From an uncultured Thermoplasmata archaeon (GTDB lineage Archaea; Thermoplasmatota; Thermoplasmata; Lutacidiplasmatales; UBA184), in contig CAVSTD010000003.1 in NCBI GenBank assembly GCA_963730815.1, positions 37,570-101,569 of the forward strand: 64,000 bases of DNA, read 5' to 3'. Under the pieces are notes generated by a model. That model had not been told where the DNA came from and made no database searches. It saw only the letters and a program-made list of their open reading frames with translations. Shown piece after piece: positions 58,703 through 64,000 of the stretch. Position 1 is the first letter of the stretch. Each line of letters starts with the position of its first letter. A program made the position numbers and the translations under genes.

Positions 58703-59047
58703 ATGCCGTCGGACGACACCCAAACCGACCCGACCCGCGCGACGCTCATCGCGATCCTGCAGCAGCTCAACCGCGTCGAATCGATCCACGAGGGCCGGGA
58801 CGACCGGCAATCGCTCGAGCTCAAGGAGATCGAGCGTCTTCTATCCGATTTCTGGGCGGTCAAGCTCGACCAGGTCAAGGTCCCGCTCGCACTCGGTCTC
58901 CTGGTCCGCAACGGGATGGTCGAAGGGAAGATCGACCGGCCGCCGCCCGGCTCCCGACGGCCCGTGCCTCCCGCGGCCTACCGGATCACGTCGGAAGGCA
59001 AACGGTTCTTGGTCGATTCGTCCCACCAAGCGGACCGCATCCGCTGA
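58703..59047 (+). CDS. Small winged-helix-like protein (paralog 2)
   Basis: LIAILQQLNRVE...LLVRNGMV...YRITSEGKRFL; TTTAAGTA box at 58668. Confidence 0.75.
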   Translation: MPSDDTQTDPTRATLIAILQQLNRVESIHEGRDDRQSLELKEIERLLSDFWAVKLDQVKVPLALGLLVRNGMVEGKIDRPPPGSRRPVPPAAYRITSEGKRFLVDSSHQADRIR

Positions 59048-59128
59048 CGAGAGAACGACCGTTTCCTCCTCGGTGAACGCCGCGCGCGCGCGAACCCTTA
59101 TGTAGCGGTCGGGTGTCCCCGCGAATCC

Positions 59129-59584
59129 ATGTCGCGGATCCACTCCGGGCACAAGGGACGCGCCGGTTCGCACCGGCCCTATCCCCTCACGAAACCCGAG
59201 TGGGCGACCACGACCCAAGAGGAGCTGGTCGCCCAAGCGGTCCAGCTTTCGAAGACCGGACTTTCGGCCGCCCAGGTGGGCCTGAACCTCCGGGACGCCT
59301 ACGGGGTACCCTCGGCTCGCGCCGTGACCGGAAAGCGCCTGGGCGTTCTCCTCCGCGAGAGCGGTATTTCCCCCGAAATCCCGGACGACCTTCAAGCGCT
59401 CCTGAAGCGCGTCGTCCACATGCAACGTCACCTCGAGACCCACCCGAAGGACCTCTCGAACCAACGCGGCCTCTCGCTGATGGAGTCTCGGATCCGCCGG
59501 CTCGCCCGCTACTACCGGCAACGCAAGCGGATCCCCGAAACGTGGCGGTACACGGCCGCCGCGGCAGCACTCCAGGTGGAGTGA
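59129..59584 (+). CDS. rps15: 30S ribosomal protein uS15
   Basis: MSRIHSGHKGRAGS, IPDDL, HPKD, ESRIRRLARYY. Confidence 0.97.
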   Translation: MSRIHSGHKGRAGSHRPYPLTKPEWATTTQEELVAQAVQLSKTGLSAAQVGLNLRDAYGVPSARAVTGKRLGVLLRESGISPEIPDDLQALLKRVVHMQRHLETHPKDLSNQRGLSLMESRIRRLARYYRQRKRIPETWRYTAAAAALQVE

Positions 59585-60981
59585 TGCCTTCGGGCCCCGA
59601 CGGATTCGTTTCCGACCCGCACTACTCAGCAGAGTTCGAACGGGCCCGCGCCCTCCTGCTGGCTCACCCCCGACGCTGGCGGATCATCTATCACTACGAC
59701 GGCGACGGGATCGCGGCCGCGTCGTGCGCCGTCCGGGCGCTCGAGCGTCTCGGCTATCCGTCGCAAGCGACCGCGCTCGTTGGGGTCGAGCGCGACCGCG
59801 TCGCGGCCCTTCTCGGCAGCACGGCCGGTCCGGTCCTCGTGGTGGATACGGGAGCGAGCTGGCTCGACCTGTTCGCGGAGCATCGCGCTCCGGTCGTCGT
59901 CCTGGACCACCACAAGTACCCGGGAGTCCCGAACCCCCCGCCGCTCCCGGAGCACGTGGCGTTCGTCAACCCGCTCGATTGGGGCGTCGACGGGATGAAC
60001 GAGTTGTGCGCCGCGACCCTTACCTGGCTCTACACGGTCTTCCTCGACCCCCTGAACTGGGACAACGCGGCGTGGGGCCTTTCCGGAGCGATCGCCGACC
60101 GCCAGCACGTCGGGGGATTCCGGGGATTGAACGGCGTGCTCGTCCAGGAAGCCCTCCGCCGCTCGCTCGTCGTCCGTCGGCCCGGGGTCGCCCTCTTCGG
60201 CCCGAGCGTCGGCGAGGCGTTGTCGGGCAGCATCGACCCGTTCGTGCGGAATCTCTCCGGACGCCCGCCCGCAGTGTCCGAGTTCCTCCACCGGCTCGGG
60301 CTCGACCCGGGCCGGCGCCCCTCGAAACTGACCGAGGAGGAGAACCGACGCCTGGTCGCTGCGCTCAAGGAACGAATGTCGGAAAGCGGAGTCGCCCCCG
60401 AGGCGGCGAATCTCCTCGACCAGGAGCGTTGGTTCGTGCCGTCCCTGGGCCTCGACGCAGAGGAGGTCTCGAACCTCCAGAACGCCTCGGGACGCGCGGG
60501 CGTCCCCGGAGTCGGGGTGGCGTACGCCCTCGGCGATACGCGCGCGGCCGATCGGGTCCGGGCCGCGGAGAGCGAGTGGCGCTCGGGCATCCTCCGGGGC
60601 CTCCTGCGGGTCGAGAACGACGGCGTTAACTCACTGCGATTCCTTCGGTGGTTCGAGAGCCCCGAGACCACGCTCGCGGGGACTCAAGCAGGCCTCGCGA
60701 TGAACTATCTGCTCCCACCCGACCACCCGGTGTTCGTCTTCTCCGAGGGCGGACCCGGACCGACCAAAGTGAGCGCCCGGGGGACCCTCCGGCAGGTCGA
60801 CCGGGGCCTCGATCTTTCGGCCGCCTGCCGCATCGCGGCGGGGACCGTGGGAGGGGAGGGAGGCGGCCATCGTGTGGCGAGCGGCGCCACGATCCCGACC
60901 GGCGCTCGGCCGGCGTTCCTCGAGGCGGCGGACCGCGTGCTCGCCGATCAGCTGGGCCCAAGCGAGGGAGGGAACCGATGA
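59584..60981 (+). CDS. DHH/DHHA1 phosphoesterase (RecJ-like)
   Basis: [30 protein letters not shown]; typical rps15 neighbour. Confidence 0.9.
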   Translation: MPSGPDGFVSDPHYSAEFERARALLLAHPRRWRIIYHYDGDGIAAASCAVRALERLGYPSQATALVGVERDRVAALLGSTAGPVLVVDTGASWLDLFAEHRAPVVVLDHHKYPGVPNPPPLPEHVAFVNPLDWGVDGMNELCAATLTWLYTVFLDPLNWDNAAWGLSGAIADRQHVGGFRGLNGVLVQEALRRSLVVRRPGVALFGPSVGEALSGSIDPFVRNLSGRPPAVSEFLHRLGLDPGRRPSKLTEEENRRLVAALKERMSESGVAPEAANLLDQERWFVPSLGLDAEEVSNLQNASGRAGVPGVGVAYALGDTRAADRVRAAESEWRSGILRGLLRVENDGVNSLRFLRWFESPETTLAGTQAGLAMNYLLPPDHPVFVFSEGGPGPTKVSARGTLRQVDRGLDLSAACRIAAGTVGGEGGGHRVASGATIPTGARPAFLEAADRVLADQLGPSEGGNR

Positions 60982-63632
60982 GCACCCCGCCCCCGGCCGT
61001 CCCCGAGGAGCCGGTCGACCGGATCCACGACCGCACGCTCGAGGTGGAGATGCACCGCTCCTACATCGATTACGCGATGAGCGTGATCGTCGGTCGCGCG
61101 CTCCCGCTCGCCGGCGACGGGTTGAAGCCGGTGCATCGGCGGATCCTCTGGTCGATGTGGGAATCGGGAGCCACCCACGACCGGCCGTTCCGCAAGTCCG
61201 CGCGCACGGTTGGGGACGTGCTCGGGAAATACCATCCGCACGGCGACATGGCCGTCTACGACGCGCTCGTCCGGATGGCGCAGTCGTTCAGCCTTCGCTA
61301 TCCGCTCATCGAGGGCCAAGGGAACTTCGGTTCGATCGACGGCGACTCCCCGGCCGCGATGCGCTACACCGAGGCCCGCCTTTCGGCGATCGCGGAGGAG
61401 CTCCTCCTCGACATCGAGAAGGAGACGGTCGAGTGGATCGACAATTTCGACGGCACCCTCAAGGAACCGCTCTTGCTTCCCTCGAAGGTACCCAATCTCC
61501 TGGTCAACGGCTCCGCCGGGATCGCGGTCGGCATGGCGACCAACATGCCGCCGCACAACCTGGGCGAGGTCGCGGACGCGCTCCTCCTCGTCCTCGCGCA
61601 CCCCGACGCGTCGTTGGACGACGTGATGAAGATTCTCCCGGGCCCGGATTTCCCGACGGGCGGCTACCTCTCGACCGAGGGAGTTCGAGAGGCCTACGAG
61701 ACCGGGCGCGGCATGATCCATCTCCGCGGCTCCACGGAGATTCGGGAACGCGGTGGAAAGGACGAGATCGTCATCACCGAGACCCCGTACGAGGTCAACA
61801 AGGCGGCCCTCCTCGAGCTGATCGCCGACCTCGTGAAGGGAAAGCGCATCGACGGGATCACCGACCTGCGCGACGAGTCCGACCGACACGGTACGAGCGT
61901 GGTGCTCGAGCTCCGTCGGGACGCTCCCTCCGAGATCGTCCTCAATCGGCTCTACGAGCACACGCCGCTCGAGACCAGCTTCGGCGTCATCAACCTCTGT
62001 CTCGTCGAGGGCCACCCGAGGGTCCTTTCGCTCCTCGAACTGCTCGCCCTGCACCTCGACCACCGCCGGACGATCCTCACCCGGCGAACGAAGTTCGACC
62101 TGAGGAAGACCGAGGAGCGCCTCCATCTGCTCGAAGGGTTCCTCACCGCGATCGACCACATCGACGAGGTGATCCGGATCATCCGCCGCTCGAAGGATGT
62201 CGCGGTCGCGGAGACCAACCTGATGGGAAAGTTCCTGCTCTCGAGCGAGCAGGCGAAGGCGATCCTCGACATGCGCCTCGCTCGCCTCACCGCGCTCGAG
62301 CGCGAGGCGGTCGAGAAGGAGAAGGCAGAGAAGGAGGCGCTCGCGAAGCACTTGAAGGCGATCCTCGCCTCGCCGAAACTCCTCGACCAGCTCATCGCGG
62401 ACGAGCTCGCGGAGTTGAAGAAACGCTTCGGCGACCCGCGCCGCACGCGGATCGTCCCCGCGTTCACGGAGCGCACGCTCGAGGACCTGATCCCCGACAT
62501 GGACGTGGTCGTCCTCGTCACCCGGGACGGCTACGTGAAGCGCCTGCCGCTCGACCAGTACCGGCGGCAGCGGCGCGGCGGCCGAGGGCTGATCCAGATG
62601 GAGACGAAGGAGGAGGACTTCGTCATCCGCACGTTCGTGACGCGGACGCACGACGACGTGCTCTTCCTCACGAACCTGGGCCGGGTCTACCGGCTCAAGG
62701 CCTACGAGCTGCCCGAAGGCAGCCGCCACTCGAAGGGGAAGGCGGTGATCAACCTCCTGCCCAAGCTCAAGGACGGGGAACGCGTCCAGACCCTGCTTCC
62801 GCTGCGCGACCTCGCGACGGAGGGTTCCCTCGTCTTCGCGACCCGTCGGGGCCTCGTGAAGCGCACGACCCTCGACCAGTACCAGAACATCCGGACGAAC
62901 GGGATCCAGGCGGTACTCCTCGAGGAAGGAGACGAGCTCGTGGACGTCGTCCTCGTAACGAGCGAGGCGACCGAGGTCGTGCTGGCGACCCTCGCGGGCC
63001 AGCTCGTACGGTTCCCGCTCTCGGAGGTGCGTCCGATGGGACGCGCCACCTACGGGGTCATCGGCGTCCGCCTCTCCGCGGCGAAAGAGGACCGCGTGGT
63101 CGCGATGGCGATCGTCAGCGAGCGGTTCCCAATGCTGCTCTCTCTCACCACCACCGGCTACGGCAAACGCAGTCCGACCGCCGATTACCGCCGGACCCGG
63201 CGCGGCGCGAAGGGCGTACGGACGATCAAGACCGGCGGCCGGAACGGGTCGGTGGTCGCCGTCCTTCCCACCACCGACGCCTCGGAAGTGCTCGTGACGA
63301 CCCAACACGGCATCACCATCCGCATGGCGGTGAAGGGAATCCGTTCGCAGGCCCGCAATACGCTCGGCGTCCGGGTGATCCGCCTCGACGAGGGCGACAC
63401 GGTCCGCGATGCCGTGATCCTCGAGCCTCCGATCGAGACGAACGGCGCCGAAGCGACGTCGGACAAGGCCGCCCCGAGCGAAAACGGTCCCGGGATTCCC
63501 GAGCCGCCGGCGGACGAACCCGAGACCGACGAAGAGGACGAGACCGAGGAGCCCGAGAAGAAGCCGGGCGAGGACGACGACTCCGAGGACGACACGGAGG
63601 ACGACGGTGCGGCGCCGCCCGAAGCGGGGTAA
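60978..63632 (+). CDS. gyrA: DNA gyrase subunit A
   Basis: [40 protein letters not shown], GyrA-box QRRGGRG, acidic tail. Confidence 0.97.
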   Translation: MSTPPPAVPEEPVDRIHDRTLEVEMHRSYIDYAMSVIVGRALPLAGDGLKPVHRRILWSMWESGATHDRPFRKSARTVGDVLGKYHPHGDMAVYDALVRMAQSFSLRYPLIEGQGNFGSIDGDSPAAMRYTEARLSAIAEELLLDIEKETVEWIDNFDGTLKEPLLLPSKVPNLLVNGSAGIAVGMATNMPPHNLGEVADALLLVLAHPDASLDDVMKILPGPDFPTGGYLSTEGVREAYETGRGMIHLRGSTEIRERGGKDEIVITETPYEVNKAALLELIADLVKGKRIDGITDLRDESDRHGTSVVLELRRDAPSEIVLNRLYEHTPLETSFGVINLCLVEGHPRVLSLLELLALHLDHRRTILTRRTKFDLRKTEERLHLLEGFLTAIDHIDEVIRIIRRSKDVAVAETNLMGKFLLSSEQAKAILDMRLARLTALEREAVEKEKAEKEALAKHLKAILASPKLLDQLIADELAELKKRFGDPRRTRIVPAFTERTLEDLIPDMDVVVLVTRDGYVKRLPLDQYRRQRRGGRGLIQMETKEEDFVIRTFVTRTHDDVLFLTNLGRVYRLKAYELPEGSRHSKGKAVINLLPKLKDGERVQTLLPLRDLATEGSLVFATRRGLVKRTTLDQYQNIRTNGIQAVLLEEGDELVDVVLVTSEATEVVLATLAGQLVRFPLSEVRPMGRATYGVIGVRLSAAKEDRVVAMAIVSERFPMLLSLTTTGYGKRSPTADYRRTRRGAKGVRTIKTGGRNGSVVAVLPTTDASEVLVTTQHGITIRMAVKGIRSQARNTLGVRVIRLDEGDTVRDAVILEPPIETNGAEATSDKAAPSENGPGIPEPPADEPETDEEDETEEPEKKPGEDDDSEDDTEDDGAAPPEAG

Positions 63633-63792
63633 GACCGTCCTCCTCTGCCCGAAGTGCGGTTCGATCCGGATCTCGATGGTGGCCGGGTCGATCATCGGCC
63701 AGGTCTACCACTGCCAGAAGTGCGACTACGTGGGCTCCCTGATCCTCGAGACCGACGTCGCGGACGACGGGACGCCGCTCTCCGGAAGCTAA
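63607..63792 (+). CDS. Small Zn-ribbon protein
   Basis: CPKCGS...[10 protein letters not shown]. Confidence 0.7.
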   Translation: MRRRPKRGKTVLLCPKCGSIRISMVAGSIIGQVYHCQKCDYVGSLILETDVADDGTPLSGS

Positions 63793-63793
63793 G

Positions 63794-64000
63794 TTACGCG
63801 TCGGGCTCAGACCCCGTCAGGTCGTGCGGGGCGGCCGGCGGCGCGTTCGCGAACTTCTGGGCCGCCCGCACGAGCGCGAGCGCGCGCACGGTGGCGCCGA
63901 CATCGTGGGTCCGCACGACGGCGACCCCCCGCTCGGCCGCCACCACGGCCGCGGCGATTCCCCCCTCGAGCCGGTACGCGGGGTCGTCCGAACCGAGCGC
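63794..64000 (-). CDS. folP: Dihydropteroate synthase, C-terminal end (truncated by window)
   Basis: Manual translation RLEGGIAAAVVAAERGVAVVRTHDVGAT (RxHDV signature), TAA at 63794-63796. Confidence 0.85.
   Translation of the reverse strand, partial: ALGSDDPAYRLEGGIAAAVVAAERGVAVVRTHDVGATVRALALVRAAQKFANAPPAAPHDLTGSEPDA

Noticed and set aside
60872-63742. Very long alternative-frame and antisense ORFs (956 aa and 915 aa here, and many similar ones across the window)
   Set aside because: Arg/Pro/Gly-rich shadow ORFs expected from high GC3 codon bias over real genes; no family motifs.

Overview
High-GC archaeal chromosomal segment. The gene set (Alba, TFS, Rpo11, uS15 with a DHH neighbour, ArcS, Hef, KptA, GyrA, SSB with a Gly-rich tail) points to Thermoplasmata, probably an uncultured soil or peat lineage (inference). 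Most of the window is housekeeping: proS, asnS, trpS, purD, carAB, menaquinone genes, dut, folP, tRNA-Leu(GAG) and tRNA-Val(TAC). Main highlights: (1) a lower-GC island after tRNA-Leu built from three 1.2-1.7 kb single-gene modules, each closed by a conserved repeat that ends in a copy of the tRNA 3' end and decays with distance from the tRNA, i.e. a candidate tRNA-anchored, integrase-less gene-cassette array; (2) a polyphosphate locus (PhoU, SixA, two Tmk-fold kinases, Ppx, CHAD) with repeated CTATAG boxes; (3) an effector-less STAND-ATPase/TPR paralog pair; (4) an arcS stop codon that ends on G15 of tRNA-Val. Five single-base homopolymer indels break four conserved genes and are probably sequencing errors. 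All calls come from manual motif reading with no database searches, and start codons are best guesses.
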